A DNA stretch of 64,000 bases from Octopus vulgaris (GCA_951406725.2 OX597824.1:61566001-61630000); one strand, 5' to 3'; numbered from the stretch's first letter, positions 25,973 through 40,062 are shown. Numbers and translations: made by a program. The notes: generated by a model not told the origin, from the sequence alone.

Positions 25973-26188
25973 CTTTATTTAAAGCAGCAGCAAATTCAAC
26001 AAAACCTGTTACTCTGAGTTTCCCGTTCCCGTTCATCGAACAGTTTTTGCTAGATTCTAGCAAAAACTGTCCGATGAACGGCAACAGGAAACTCAGAGTA
26101 ACATGTTTTGTTGAATGTTCTGCTGCTTTAAATAAAGCATATTACTCTACCACTGGTATTTGAGTACTCTTTTTTCCACCTTGTTTCA
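25973..26188 (+). mobile_element. Foldback (81-bp arms) of a hammerhead-bearing repeat end, same family as 40117-40263
   Basis: 25973-26053 is nearly the reverse complement of 26057-26137 around CTAG-ATT-CTAG; the tail GCATATTACTCTACC.CTGGTATTTGAGTACTC matches 40138-40200 on the minus strand; follows a TA tract. Confidence 0.85.
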
Positions 26189-28974
26189 TCGGTACAATTT
26201 CCCTCAACAAGTCACTCCAATACCACAATACCAGTCGGTGCTTGCCCCAAAGCGTCGCGCAACAGGAACGAACCTGAAGGCACGTAGTTATCAATCGAAG
26301 TTCTTAAGCACACCGTTATACGGACATCTAGTTTATATATTTTCGCTTAAGTTATTTGTCTCACTATATTGTCAAGTTTCAAATAGATTATTTTTGAACT
26401 CGCTAATTCTTTACCTGTGGAAAAATACGTCGATTAAACAATTTTCAAAATGTCTTATCACCATTACCTCACCTGTTTTACGTTTCAAGTTTTCTTTTAG
26501 GTGCCAAGTTATGAATTCCAATAACTTACTAACTTTTTTCTTTTATTTATCCATGTCTTGCTGCCCATTTCTCATTTACTAGTTTTGTCTAAATATGACT
26601 CACTTAGATTTGTTTTTACTTTAAATCGAATTAATGTGAGATTCAATATTTCTTTATGTATGTCCTTTTGGAACACTTGAAATTCGAGTCCTATTTGTAA
26701 CAGGGGTATACTTTATCATAACTGTTCTTTGGCGACTGTGAGAAAATTTACTTTGAAAATTCCTAGGAATATTATGTTCTGTTTGAATATCATTAGGTAA
26801 CGTTTTTTTAAAAACTTCTCTGGATTGCTGAGTGATATATCTTGAAGTGTAAACTGAAATTAAAAATTTAGTTTTCCTCTATATTAGTACATGACTTCAG
26901 AACTTCGAAAACGCTAAATGAGTTTGATTAATATGAAGGTCCTTATATATTTTTATATTGCTTCACTGCTTTTGAATTATAAACAAACTTGTAACACCTT
27001 TATTCCTTATAAAGTTCATAAATGTTTTCTATAAAAATTTAAGTATTTTTATCTAATAACGCCTGAAGTAAAGTGTTATATAAATATCACCCAAATATTC
27101 ACTACAGGTTCAAAGATACGAGCTTTTAAAATGATAGGATGTATAGTAGAAATACAGCATCGGCATTTGCTGAATTTACTTGCCTCTCTAGGAGTTCTGT
27201 GTTCGACTCCTACTGAATTCCACTATTTATTTTATCTTTGCCTGCTGATAAAATAATGAACATATAAGCGCTGGGGAAGACGCAACTCTAATTCAGCAGA
27301 CTTATGTCTACGCTAGAAATATAGGGCGTACTTTGGCAATCTTAAATATCAAGAATGTTAATCATTATTAAATCGAGATTAAATTTTAATAATTAACTGA
27401 ATAAGCTATTCACCTATTTAGTTTTTATAAGGAAAGTGGCAGACATATTACTAGATGTGCTTTTCTCCAAATTAAGTGTAATCTATATAAGCCAGGGCCT
27501 GCTTTTGTACGTTTCTACACCTATGTGTGTAGGGGAGAATGCATGCGTGAAAGAAGGAGAGAGAGCGAAAGAGAAACCAACGATTCATAAAAGCTTAGTA
27601 TCATGTGTAGAATCGAGTTCATCTTATATACTTACGACATACATTTCAATGGACCTTCACAGCTTTCTTGGAAACTTCGGTGTTAATCGCAAGCAATTTT
27701 GATGTATACTTAAAAAAACAATAGTAATGATATCTATACCACGAAACAGGAAGGTAAAAAATAGCAAATTAAAGAATGTGTATGCGTGAAACATTCAAAT
27801 CCAATAGTTATTAAATGTCAAAAAGGAAAAGAACAATACTTGAGATAGTGTTTCTAGCAAGAGAATGAACATTATGTAGACAGCATAATAAGAGTAGGGA
27901 CAATTCTAATACTCCGTCGTGTTTTTAATATAAATTAAGTATACATAGCCATACACATAACTTTCTTTTCGTTTTCCCAATCATTTTATAATTTGTCTTA
28001 CAGTAGAGATAATTACTACGTCACTATTTAGACCGTGTATTCTTCTTGTATAAAGTCCATTAACACTATTCTGGGGCGATATGTGGCTTCGATCAATGAT
28101 TCTGGCATTCATCTGTGTGTTTCTTCTTTCCAGAACTTCTCTTGTATTCTTCTCAATTTTGCTTCCTATTTCTTTCTATTTCATAATCCTCTGATGGATG
28201 CATCATGCAATAACTTTACTATTTTGTTATGTGAAGGCTTATTCCCATAGACCCAATAGATTATACGCTTGTGCCTGTGTATGAAATCCTCGGCTACTGC
28301 AAAGTATATTGTAATATATCTACTGATTGCCAAATATCAGTCGATATCAGAGCTGCAACAAAAAAGAAAAGAAAGAAAAATAATGATTGAAACATGCCTC
28401 TTTCGATTTTAAGTTTCACGTCCGTTGCTCTATAGTTATTTTCCCCTATTTTGAATAGCAAATAATTTGCCATTCAAAAATACATGATTCAAATCAGTTC
28501 ATGCCCTTTTGTCTGGCACTCAATTTTATCTGCGCTCTTCGACGAGGTTTTGCTTTGTTGGGATTATGTTTTTTGTTTGTATGCTGAATTTTATTTTCGG
28601 TTAATTATCCCCTGCAAGAGAACTATATTAGATACGAGACTCATTTATCATCATTTATAGAAAAAGCAAGTAAATTTACTATTTCTTCTAATTAAAAATG
28701 ACCGCTTGGAGCGCAATTCCTTTATAGTTGTTATCTTTCTTTGAAATTTGAAGTATGTGAAACATAATCCAAATATTGAGAATAATGTTACAAATAAAGA
28801 CAATAACAGCATTAATCTTAGCGAGAGAGATGAATATTTGTAAAAACAATAATTATAGAAATATGGACGAATGAAATGACATCTGCATTGGCAAATATAA
28901 CACGACGTTAAAATCAACATAAATACGAAACATGTAACGAACGTTGAAAACGGCAACAAAGATAAGATCAACAG

Positions 28975-29125
28975 AGTGCTTTCTAATTTAGACACAAGGC
29001 CAGAAAAATTGAAAGAAGTTAGTTATTGGATACCATTGACCTCAAAACTTTATTGGTATTTTATCGATCTCGAAAGGACGAAATCTAAAGTTGACCTCGG
29101 GATTCAAACTCAGAAAGTAGAAAAT
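28975..29125 (-). mobile_element. SINE family B, decayed
   Basis: GACACAAGGCCAGAAA...TCGAAAGGACGAAA..AAAGTTGACCTCGG..AACTCAGAA. Confidence 0.65.
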
Positions 29126-29924
29126 TGAGTTATTTTTGTTGATCATGAGTATGTTATCATTGCATGTTATCATTGACTGAGCAGATATTATTATCAAAAC
29201 TGCTGTCGTCCCATGGCATTTCTGTTTTATTTTCCTACATATAAATAGGACTGGATTAGTCGGTGTTCATATCAAGCTGTTCTTTTACAAACAGAATGTT
29301 ATGATAAGAAAAATTCGCTACATTTTTTCGCAAATATAATGAACTCATAAACTCTTGAAAGGTTTTTTTTTTGTTATTCTAGCGGTATCAACATTGCAAT
29401 TATCATCATCACCTTCATGGAGACATTTCTTTTTGTTTAAATCTACAAAACTAAGTAAAATAAGCAATAAACATTTAATATCTAAACGATGGCGAACTAA
29501 TTAAAATGATTTAAGCACGCGCGCAGAGAACAAAAAACAAATTCTACATTTATAATAAATGTCTATTGTTTTCTTTACGGCATCTTTTAATATTTAATTG
29601 TTTTATTTTTTGTTGTTGTCGTTTTCATTATTTTAATACTGCTGATTTCACTAGTTTTGGATTTTGACTGTTTATTTTCATTTATCATTGCTATTTATAT
29701 TAAACGAGTATTAAATGTTGCATGGGCGTAACCACAATTTTTGTGTCACTTAATAAAACGAATCAACCATGAGCCGTCCAGTTTACGTTCGCATGCACGT
29801 GTACGTTATATACATATTCGTATCTTTTGTGGGTTTAGGGTACTTCCGGGCTACATAAAAGTGTTGTTATAATTCTTGTTGTTGTTTAGCCCAAGGCCAG
29901 TTCTGATTAATAGAGCTACGACCA

Positions 29925-30035
29925 AAATTCTTTTCGGGCTCGATAAAATCAATACCAGTTGAGCGCTTGAGTGAATGTAATCGACTTCTCTCTCCCTTCA
30001 ACATCCTTGATGTTGTGTCATAATTAGAAAACAGA
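29925..30035 (+). mobile_element. SINE family B 3' fragment, decayed
   Basis: TTTCGGG.TCGATAAAAT.AATACCAGTTGAGC..GTAATCGACTT. Confidence 0.55.
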
Positions 30036-30569
30036 ATCTGTTGCAGCTGTTGTTATTGCTATTGTTCTTGTTTTCTTCTAAATCCATTTAAATTCGCTAA
30101 AGACATTTATATCCTTCTGAGAACCGTATTAAAGTGGGTGAACAAAGTGATGGGGGCTAGGTAGCTAAAGGAGGGGGGTATTGACGGGAAAGTAACAGCT
30201 GTCACCATAGTAACACGCTTAAAATGAAAAGCTTAATCTTAAGTAGATGAAATAGAAAATAGGCCGAGTCGTTAAGACGCTTGCTATGTAGTATTTCTTT
30301 CGGGTTCCGGAGTTCGAATTCCGCGTTCTGGAGTTTATAAAACTAAAGTACTTATGTAAATTATTTTTCTTTCTCTCTGAATTGTCTCTGTTGCAAGGTT
30401 TGAACATGAAACTACCAAATTCTTCGAGTTGAAAACCGATATTCTACCGCAATTGTGTAAGAATTCACTGATAAAAATATGAAAGACTACCTGAGGATTT
30501 GTCGCCAAAAAGAACTTAAAACATAAATAAATATTTTTTTAATGATATTCTATTGATTTTATTACCAAC

Positions 30570-30720
30570 TTAGTGGTTATGTAGTAGGCCCACGATTGAG
30601 AGATCAAGGAGTTCAATTCCTGGCCTGAGGGGCCGTATTGTCATCTCAATCCAGAAACTACATTATTTCACATGCATCCAGTCCACTCACCCATAAAATA
30701 GTACCAACTGGGTGCTAGTA
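30570..30720 (+). mobile_element. SINE family C, decayed
   Basis: TTAGTGGTTA...GAGTTCAATTCCTGG...TCCAGTCCACTCA. Confidence 0.5.
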
Positions 30721-31400
30721 CAGCTTACTCTCTCTCTCCAGCTATCTATATATCTATCTATATATCTCTCTCTCTCTCTCTCTCTATCAATCTATCTAGT
30801 TATATATATCTCTCTCCAACTGTCAGATCCAGGATGAGACACTGCGTCAAGGGTGAGCGACCCGACAAGGTGTCTATATTTGCTCACAAACTCTCAGGTT
30901 CACAAATCTATTCTACAGTATCAACACCATCTGGATTTAGATTTCTAAAAATGCAAAATGTATAAATCAGAGTTAGTCCCGATCATATAACAGCTATTAG
31001 AACTAGAATGAGCTTACACACCACCAACAAACTGAAAATCAAAAAAATATGCAGCATACAATTGATCACACTCAAAAATAAACACATCTGTTTAACATAT
31101 ATTACTCTGATAAAACGAAGGTCCGCGGCATTGTATGGAGAAGCTAAAACTATCAGCCCAAATGCAACATATAACAATATCACAACATATAACATACAAC
31201 ATTTCTGTCATCACCAAACTGAAGAAGGATGTCTTCCAGTCATAATTAAAATTATAGGACTTGTCTTATGGCCATCCGAAGTAACCGCTGGGAGGCGCAA
31301 TCAATTGAAGCATAGTCATTCATTTAAAGTTAACCAAATATCACTTGATTAACAATAACTGAGTTGCAGCTTAAACTTACGCAACGTAGCATCCGAAATA

Positions 31401-32635
31401 TTAGGTTGGTTCACATAAAATGTCGCATTTTTAATTACTTGTTATTTCAGTCATTTAAAAACTCAGTTATGTAAACCTTGCATTCAATCTTGACACTTTT
31501 TCTTTCCCTAAAATGTTGGTATACAAAATTCGTACCCACGAATCTTATAAAAATGATAACCAAAAAATGTTAAGTCATTTTCTCGTATGAGTATAAGTTA
31601 GGTCACTCTGCCGCATAAGCTCTACAGAATATCAAGCGTGTCTTTCGTTGACTTTCAGAACTGTTCAGAAATGGTTCCAAAACTCTCGTTCAGGAGATGA
31701 TAGCCTTGAAAATAAAACAAGGGGTAGGCCAAAATCAATTATTAGGCATGATGGATTAAATGCTTTGGTTAAAAAAAATCCGAGAACAAAGATTCGAAAA
31801 CTTTCATCAGAACTCCGAACATCTCGCACAACTGTGTCTGGACACCTGCAGAAAATTGGAAAAGTCAAGAAAACAGATAGGTTTGTTCCGCATCAACTGA
31901 ATGATATCCAAAAAACAGACGCCTCGATGTATGCTCCTTGTTGCTCTCTCGTTGAAAAAATACCATTTTTGCTTCAAATCATTACTTTTGAGGATAAATC
32001 GAAACTCTTTAGTAACATCAGGAGAACAGAACAGGGATTAGATGCAGGAGAGTCACCTAAGCACTACCCAAACACACTATTTCACCCTAAAAAGTTAGTG
32101 GTTACTGTATAGTGGTCTGCGGAGGCAGTTATTCATTATTCATTTTTGCAACAAGGAAAATACGGTGGCAGCAACATCGCATTGCCACTGATTGTATGCA
32201 TAAGAATTTGAAAAAGAAGTAACCCAGACAAGTAAACAGAGATGTCCCAATTTTGATCCGTGACAATGCACGTCCTCACACTCCTCAAGCAACGGTTCAA
32301 ATGTTGCAAAACCTGAATTATGATATTTTGCAACAGTCTCCCTATTCCCCTGATATCACTCCTACTGATCATCACTTATTTAAACATTTTGGGTTTTTCC
32401 TATGCAATAAAACATTCTTAAATAGAGTAGAGGTAAGGTAATAGAAGCATTTGAACAGTTTATCACAACAAAAAAGGATTTTTTTTCTTAGGTGGAATAT
32501 ATGACATAGAGAAACGTTGGAAAAAAAGGCATAAATGTACATTGAATCATTCTTTGATTAAATACATCAGTTCGCTAACAATTCTGAAACATGTTATTAT
32601 TATCTTTCAAATACATTTCACGTGTAACAACGTAA
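31401..32635 (+). mobile_element. Full-length inactive mariner (D,D34D-type) DNA transposon
   Basis: About 1.23 kb; degenerate TIRs TTAGGTTGGTTCACATAAAATG / CATTTCACGTGTAACAACGTAA flanked by TA; transposase motifs inside. Confidence 0.92.
31553..32560 (+). pseudogene. Mariner transposase pseudogene (stops and frameshifts)
   Basis: TVQKWF..SRSGD.SLE..RGRP, FVPHQL (WVPHEL-like), DNARPH, PYSPDITPTDHHLF (YSPDLAPSDYHLF-like). Confidence 0.9.
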
Positions 32636-32747
32636 TATAATGAAAATAAAACATTTGTACTTGCTGCAGCAAATAACATTCTCTGGGATTCTAGTAATAA
32701 CAATGCAGCTAAATTTAGTATATATCTACATGTAACAGATCTGTCTG

Positions 32748-32895
<148 letters not shown>

Positions 32896-32960
32896 CAAAA
32901 ACGGTAAGATAACAAAAGAAAGAAAGAAACCTCAATATTATGTAAATAGAGGAAATTTAT

Positions 32961-33058
32961 CTATAAAATAATATGTTACATTTACTCAATAGTGAAGATA
33001 AAACTGAGTTTAAGATGCCGAAGTGTTTTATCTTGACTATTGAGTAAATGTAACATAT

Positions 33059-33067
<9 letters not shown>
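32961..33067. repeat. Inverted repeat (~45-bp arms) within a ~170-bp insert flanked by (TA)n
   Basis: TATAAAATAATATGTTACATTTACTCAATAGT.AAGATAAAAC versus GTTTTATCTT.ACTATTGAGTAAATGTAACATATTATTTTATA. Confidence 0.85.
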
Positions 33068-33106
<39 letters not shown>

Positions 33107-33164
33107 TTGGAGAAAATTAAATTCGAAAACTATTTTATGTAACCATTATTATTTTATCATATTT

Positions 33165-33772
33165 ATTTCTACATTGCCCACAGGGGGCTAAAAACAGAGG
33201 GAACAATCAAGTACACACAAAGGGATTAAGTCGAATACATGGAGCCAGTGAATAACTGGCACCCAATTAATCGACCTCCGATTGATGAAAGGCTAAGTCG
33301 ACCTCAGCGGAATTTGAACACAGAACGTAACGTCAGAAAAAATACCTATCTCTTTAATTCCCACAAGGGGCTAAACACAGAGGGAACAAATAAGGACAGA
33401 CAAATGGATTAAGTCGATTATATCGCCCCCAGTGCGTAACTGGTACTTATTTAATCGACCCCGAAGGGATGAAAGGTAAAGTCGACCTCGGCGGAATTTG
33501 AACTCAGAACGTAGCGGCAGACGAAATACCTAGTTCTTTACTACCCACAAGGGGAAAAACAAGGACACCCACAGAGGGGACAAACAAGGACAGACAAAGG
33601 GATTAAGCTGATTACATCGACCCCAGTGCGTAACTGGTATTTAATTTATCGACCCCGATAGGATGAAAGGTAAAATCGACCTCGGCGGAATTTGATCTCA
33701 GAACGTAACGGCAGACGAAATACTGCTAAGCATTTCGCCCGGCGTGCTAACGACTCTGCCAGCTCGCCGTCC
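33165..33772 (-). mobile_element. Tandem trimer of SINE family B (one full head, two head-truncated units of ~180 bp)
   Basis: Three repeats of CCCACA.GGGG...GGATTAAG...GATGAAAGG..AA.TCGACCTC.GCGGAATTTGA...AAATAC; only the rightmost keeps the head GGCGAGCTGGCAGA.TCGTTAGC. Confidence 0.9.
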
Positions 33773-34616
33773 TACGTATTTCTTATATTAAATTGAAATA
33801 AACAAATATTCTGACTCGCCCTTTTACGTGGCTTCCATCGTAGAGACATTTTACTGCCTACATGACATTTGACCTTAATGCCATTAGTTTCAACAATGTT
33901 TTTAACGCTTTATGGGTGTAGAATTGTGACTCATCCTCCAGCGTTACTTTACATAGAGAAAAGTGATTTTTTTCTATGGAGAGAATTGAACTTAACATTG
34001 AGAATTCAGTAACAAATAAATATAATGGTTTTCTTTTCAATTTGCTCTTAGATTGTTCTGTAAATTAGTTCATATATGTGTATAATGACTGAGTCAGAGA
34101 GATTAGAATATTTTAAATATAGACAAAATATATACACGGGTAAATGCCGTTAACGTAATAGAAAAACATTAAGTCTTCAACTTGGTGTCCGGTACTCTAT
34201 TCTCCACAATAATATCAGCTAAACCTCCTCTACACAGAGATATAAACATTAACATAACTTACAACAAAAATATTTTTGATCATATTTGTTTTATTTCATC
34301 AGACACGCATGATTAATCACGTAAAATATCACAATATATTTATAAAATTACAGTACGCACAAGCGCAAAAAAAATCACTGTAAACAGCTTCAAAACCACT
34401 GGGTTTTTTCATTGATTACAAGGTCGTTAACTCGCCCGATATTTCAAAGAATATTGATAAGGAACAAAAGAAATATAGACAGAGAAGTAAAAAGAATTAC
34501 TAACATAAAAGAAAACCGCTAAATGTATATGAAAAAGTATGTTTTGTATGATGAGAAAGAATTCTTAATACTCCGATTTCTCCTCTTAATGATCTATGGT
34601 AAAGGCAATATTTGTT

Positions 34617-34832
34617 AAGGCGGCGAACTAGCAGAAACTTTAGCACACCGGGCGAAACGCTTAGCGATATATCATCTGTCTTTATGTTCTGAGTTCAAAT
34701 TCCGCCGAGATTGACTTTGCCTGTCATCCTTTCAGGATCAAGAAATTAAGTACCAGTTGCGTACTTGGCTCAATGTACTCGAATGGCCCCCTTTCCCAAA
34801 ATTTCTGGTCTTGTGCCTAGAGTAGAAATGAA
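34617..34832 (+). mobile_element. SINE family B, full length
   Basis: GGCGGCGAACTAGCAGAA...GAGTTCAAATTCCGCCGAG...CTTGTGCCTAGAGTAGAAA. Confidence 0.88.
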
Positions 34833-36597
34833 TATTAATATTTGTTACCTTCTTATATTTGCTTTCCAGAAAATCAAGTGGTACTTTGACATTAAATGTG
34901 AAATATATTTGTCAACAAAGTGTTTGGTTATTTGCTTTATTGTGCTTTAATACGTTAACAGTTCTTTTCAGGGTAACATAATATTTCAATTGACCTGGAG
35001 GTTAATATATTGGATATGTTTTAACATAGCTTTACAACCCTACAATTCATTAAATTATTGGTTTGTTTAGGAAAATAAAATAATGCACGTCGTATGAGTT
35101 GAGAAATTTTATTTTCCCTCAATAATACATTTTTATCTCATAGACATATTATGTACAAAAACCCTCGAATATAAAACTTGCTGAAATTTATAAATTTCTT
35201 AAACATACAAAATGGATTACAAAATTGTAAAATTTTGTAAGATTGTAAAATAGATTACAAAAAGAATTAAACGAGGATATTTTATTCAAAGAAAACGCCA
35301 TTTCTTTATATCTTCAATATATGTCTTTTTTTTTCCTGAGTTATAAAATATCTATGGGGTATTTTATATTCCTTCTTCCGGCCCATAACTTTCTTTACCA
35401 GCCATTAGTGAGTACAATACTCGCCAAATAATAAACGCAGTCATAAATCTTTAATTAATATTTCTGATATCTCTAAAGACACGTTATCGTTTGGGCACAA
35501 AATTTGAAATTTACTTCAAATGGAATATTCGTTCTGAAAGCATTACGTCTAGTTCGTGGTTATAGTATGGAGAACTACGAATAAAGCAGCATATTCAGAT
35601 ATTCGGTGACACATTTTTCCTACTCATAAAAGTACAATAATCTAAAACGTGCTAGAAGACTATTATTCTCCTCTCTCTCTCACTTTCACATTCTCTGTCT
35701 CTATCTCTTACTCCCTCTCTCTTTCTCCCCCCTCTCTCTCTTTCCATGAAGATAGACATAGACAATTGAAGCTGTATTTCTATATTTGTGCGTGCCGCAT
35801 GTGTGTGTATTCACGCACTGACACATATTCATGTATATATTTTTATTTTCTTTTACTTGTTTCACTCGTTAGACTGCGGACATGTTGAGACATATATATA
35901 TATTTAAAGACTCAGAATTATATCACTAACAACAAAGATAATATAATTTTCAGTTATGACAAAAACTTCTTCGAGTTTATCTCCACATATTCAATAATGT
36001 TATATTTCATTAAATGAACTAAGCCATTGTTTGCTTGTAGCAAGATAAACACAACCCTTAATATTTATGGATGAGGGTATTGAGTTGTAGCAGACATAGT
36101 TTGGAGTTTCTATAAATCAATAAACAGAAGATACGGAAATATTTTACCGTAGATTTTCTCTGGCTGATAAGTGAGGCCGAATTCAGAATTTCCTGATTAT
36201 AATGCGCTCTCTAATTATGAAATTAATCTAGTGCTTACAAAGCAAAACATTTAGTGGGCTGAATCCAGCACGAATTATTTGTCTCTGTCAAACATACACT
36301 TTAGTTACGATGTTATAATTCAAAAATAAATTATTGTGCTGGTAAAAGATGGGTGCCTCGGATGATATCGATTCAGATAATTTCGAGTCTATGGATAAGT
36401 GATATTAGATCATATTACTAATAGATAAAATATAAGAAACGAAAGAAAGATAGAGAAAGGAGAGATACAAATGTGATAACTGGATATTCAGAGAGAATTT
36501 GGTTGATATAGATTCAGTAATATCGCTTGGCAAAGTTCCAAATATATGGCAAAAGACCGGTTTTGTTGCATTTGTTAATATGGAGACACATGTTATG

Positions 36598-36790
36598 AGG
36601 CAGCGAACTAGCAGAATCGCTGGCACGTTGAGAAAAATGCTTGGTGGCAGTTCGTCTGTGTTTACGTTCTGAGTTCAAATTTTGCTGATGTCGGCTTTGT
36701 CCGTCATTCTTCGAGGTTCAATAAAATGATGACCAATTGAAAACTAGGGCTGATGTAATCAACTCATCCCCTACCTAAAAATTTCATGCT
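36598..36790 (+). mobile_element. SINE family B, decayed
   Basis: GGCAGCGAACTAGCAGAATCG...TTACGTTCTGAGTTCAAATT. Confidence 0.75.
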
Positions 36791-36817
36791 GAGTAACCGA
36801 TCGCGAAGAAACCTTCG

Positions 36818-36878
<61 letters not shown>

Positions 36879-37192
36879 ACACACACACACACACACACAT
36901 TTTCTCACTATTACTTTTGTTTTGTATTACGTGATGCAACTCTACTTATCTTCTTTCCTATGTTTGATAAATGCAGTTTCTCTTTTTGCAGTTTCCTAAC
37001 TTTGTATTTCTACGCATTGCTGGTCTGGCTCTATGTAGTATTAGCTATTTCTTCACACACGTTTTGCCTCATATTTTATACACACACACTCACACACACA
37101 CACACACACACACGCACGCACACACACACACACACACACACACAAAGCAAACACACATATACTTTATCTCTCTCACATGTTCACACATATAT

Positions 37193-37383
37193 ATTCGGCA
37201 TGATACATTGCTAGCCACTACACATTCTTTATTTTCTCTCCTTGTTTCTTTCTGTGTTCCTTTCTGTGGAAGAGCGTAGGCTCGAAACGGTAAAGACTTT
37301 TTCACTTCCCGAGCGTTAGACTAATACATCCGTTTGTTCTCTAGACCATGTCTTTGTCTTTTGTTTTTTTGTGAATTCTCCCC

Positions 37384-37385
<2 letters not shown>
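37193..37385 (+). mobile_element. Short microsatellite-flanked repeat with a hammerhead-like relic
   Basis: CUUU-CUGUGGA-A-GAGC-GUAG-GCUC-GAAAC-GGU-AAAG at 37260-37295; the core deviates from CUGANGA. Confidence 0.4.
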
Positions 37386-37470
<85 letters not shown>

Positions 37471-38104
37471 GATGTTAGAGGTATTAATATTGTTGATGGC
37501 ATCGTCTTTTTCTAACATGTCATATAGGGCTCGTATAATTTATCCATCTTAATGAGTGCTTTACGACCATCTCTGTAACCCTAAGCAAAATGTCTTAACT
37601 GAGTTTAACTTTAAAGGATTTAGTTAAACGAAAGCTCTATTGCAACGTCAATCAGATAAAAGATAATACGTATATCTTAATGTCAAATAGAAGATACAAA
37701 TCCACATTTTCAAATAATCTTAACAATGTAATTAGCTCTCAAAAATTCATTCGGCAAATAACGTTTTAACAATTACCTGTATACAATGTTTCACTTTAAT
37801 ACGCCTTGTCTTCAGCTCGCTTTATATTTATTGTCATAAATAACATCCATCTGTCAATATGTTTTCACGATAATACTTAATACCCGCGCTTTAAAGAGAC
37901 AGTTTTGAAAAGAATTTATAACCGCATTCGTCTTATATAACTTACATGTCTTTCTTTCTGTCCAGTCATATAACGAATAGAGATTCAAAGGAAGCGGGAC
38001 AAACATCACTTTTAATTGAGTCTACACAATAATAGGCTCTTCTTTGTTTGACTTCTCTACCATACGCTTTCAGTCAATTAATTCCATTGTTTTCTTCTTT
38101 GGGT

Positions 38105-38214
38105 TCTTCTTCTTCTTCTTCTTCTTCTTCTTCTTCTTCTTCTTCTTCTTCTTCTTCTTCTTCTTCTTCTTCTTCTTCTTCTTCTTCTTCTTCTTCTTCG
38201 TCATCTTCTTCTTC

Positions 38215-38284
<70 letters not shown>

Positions 38285-38295
38285 CATCATTATTA

Positions 38296-38371
<76 letters not shown>
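38105..38371. repeat. Compound (TTC)n(TTA)n microsatellite
   Basis: Direct reading. Confidence 0.95.
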
Positions 38372-38457
38372 CGTGCTTGCTCTTATCATTATTGCTAATA
38401 TCATATACCACGAAGAATGCCACATAGATTTTTGTATTGTATGAACAATATATCCCG

Positions 38458-38489
<32 letters not shown>

Positions 38490-38911
38490 ATACGCCGGAA
38501 AAATTTCAATGGCTACAACAAACTTGATGTTATCTTCCATATTGATTATATCTGTTTGTATATTCCTTCTTGAAATTCTATGAAGACATTGCTGACGGGG
38601 ATGATGATAAGTAGTGGAGATGAGTGTGTGAGGCGATGGGGTGGGGGAATGTAGGAAATAGGAGCGTTATTGTTGATGATATTGGGAGACGAAGAGGAGG
38701 AGTATAAATTTTATACCGTTTGCCTCGAATTTTCTGGGTTTTTTTTTCAATAACAACGCACCAATTAGACTGAAATGAAAATATAAAAAAATATTACCAG
38801 CTCTCTTCATACTAGCAAGGGAATAGTAAGTGAATTACAACAACAACAACAACAACAACAGCAACAACTAATAATAATAATCATAATAATAATAATAATA
38901 ATAATAATAAA

Positions 38912-39408
38912 TGCTCCGATGCAATACCAGACACTGGTTCTCATGGCTTCTGATCTTAACTAATTGAAAGTGTTATCATGTACATGTTTTATCTTTATAT
39001 AAAAGATAGGCTACAGCAAATATTCTGCTCAATACCATACTTTGGCTTATCAGTTGTCTGACCTTAACCGGTTGAGCATGTCCCTTAATGGCTGCCGATA
39101 TGTGCCTCTCTGATGACATGCAGAAGCAGTGATAGAGCATCATAACCATATGTCGAGAGGAATTCTTTGGGGTTTGAATTCCCCTCCGGCATCATGAGTG
39201 TTTCATTCATAATCCTTGGCCAACCCTTATTTAGGGACAATTTCAGCGGGAAAATTGGGTCCCACCTGCAAGATCATGTCGCGCACATATGATTGTGATG
39301 CATGTGCCTACTGTTACCTTATTAGACGGATAGTTGTGATGGGTATACTGCGCTTCGTATATTTTACCGCATTACAACTTTGATGGCATGCGCCGCTCTC
39401 TCACTCAA
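38912..39408 (+). mobile_element. About 500-bp non-coding interspersed element inserted in (AAT)n
   Basis: (AAT)n on both sides; second partial copy at 17531-17695; no ORF; strand inferred only from flank orientation. Confidence 0.65.
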
Positions 39409-39504
39409 TAATAATGATAATAAGGATGATAATAATAATAAAATTGATAATAATAATAACATCAGTAATAATAACAAAAATAATAACAACAACAATAATA
39501 ATAA

Positions 39505-39704
39505 TTTCTACTATGTGCACAAGGCCTGTAACTAGGTGAGAGGGGACTATTCGATTACACCAACCCACAGTACTCAAGTATCGAACCCGAAAGGAGTAAA
39601 GGCAAAGTCGACTTCGGCAGAATTTTAACTCAGAAGGTAGCGACGGGCGAAATACCGCTATGCATTTCGTTTAGCGTGCTAACGACTCTTCCAGCCTCGT
39701 CGTT

Positions 39705-39705
<1 letters not shown>
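39505..39705 (-). mobile_element. SINE family B
   Basis: GCACAAGGCCTG...AAAGGCAAAGTCGACTTCGGC.GAATT..AACTCAGAA...GCGTGCTAACGACTC. Confidence 0.8.
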
Positions 39706-39762
<57 letters not shown>

Positions 39763-40062
39763 TAATAATAATAAGCGTATATAACTTATGTATACAATTC
39801 TCAGGTCTATTTAATCCTCTTACAATTTTCTCTCTGTGATGGTTGTGGTGATGAACTTAAAGTGCTCGAGTTGGGACAGTTCCCGTCCAAGTGACCATTC
39901 AGGGTTGTCAACAGGGATCTTAGTTCACAAAGTATTAGCGTATGATATGATAAATATATAACATATGGTATAATTATAAACAGAGCAAATTTTAGCTATT
40001 TGTCCGCAGACTGAAAAAATGATGAACAATTTTAATCGATTATCGAATCTTATTTGGTTCTC

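Noticed and set aside
28020-28380. Strong minus-strand polypyrimidine tract plus CAG near 28353
   Set aside because: All three frames close quickly, and such tracts are common in this AT-rich DNA.
33165-33772. Regularly spaced repeats as a CRISPR-like array
   Set aside because: Whole ~180-bp units repeat, with no unique spacers and no cas genes, in a eukaryotic context.
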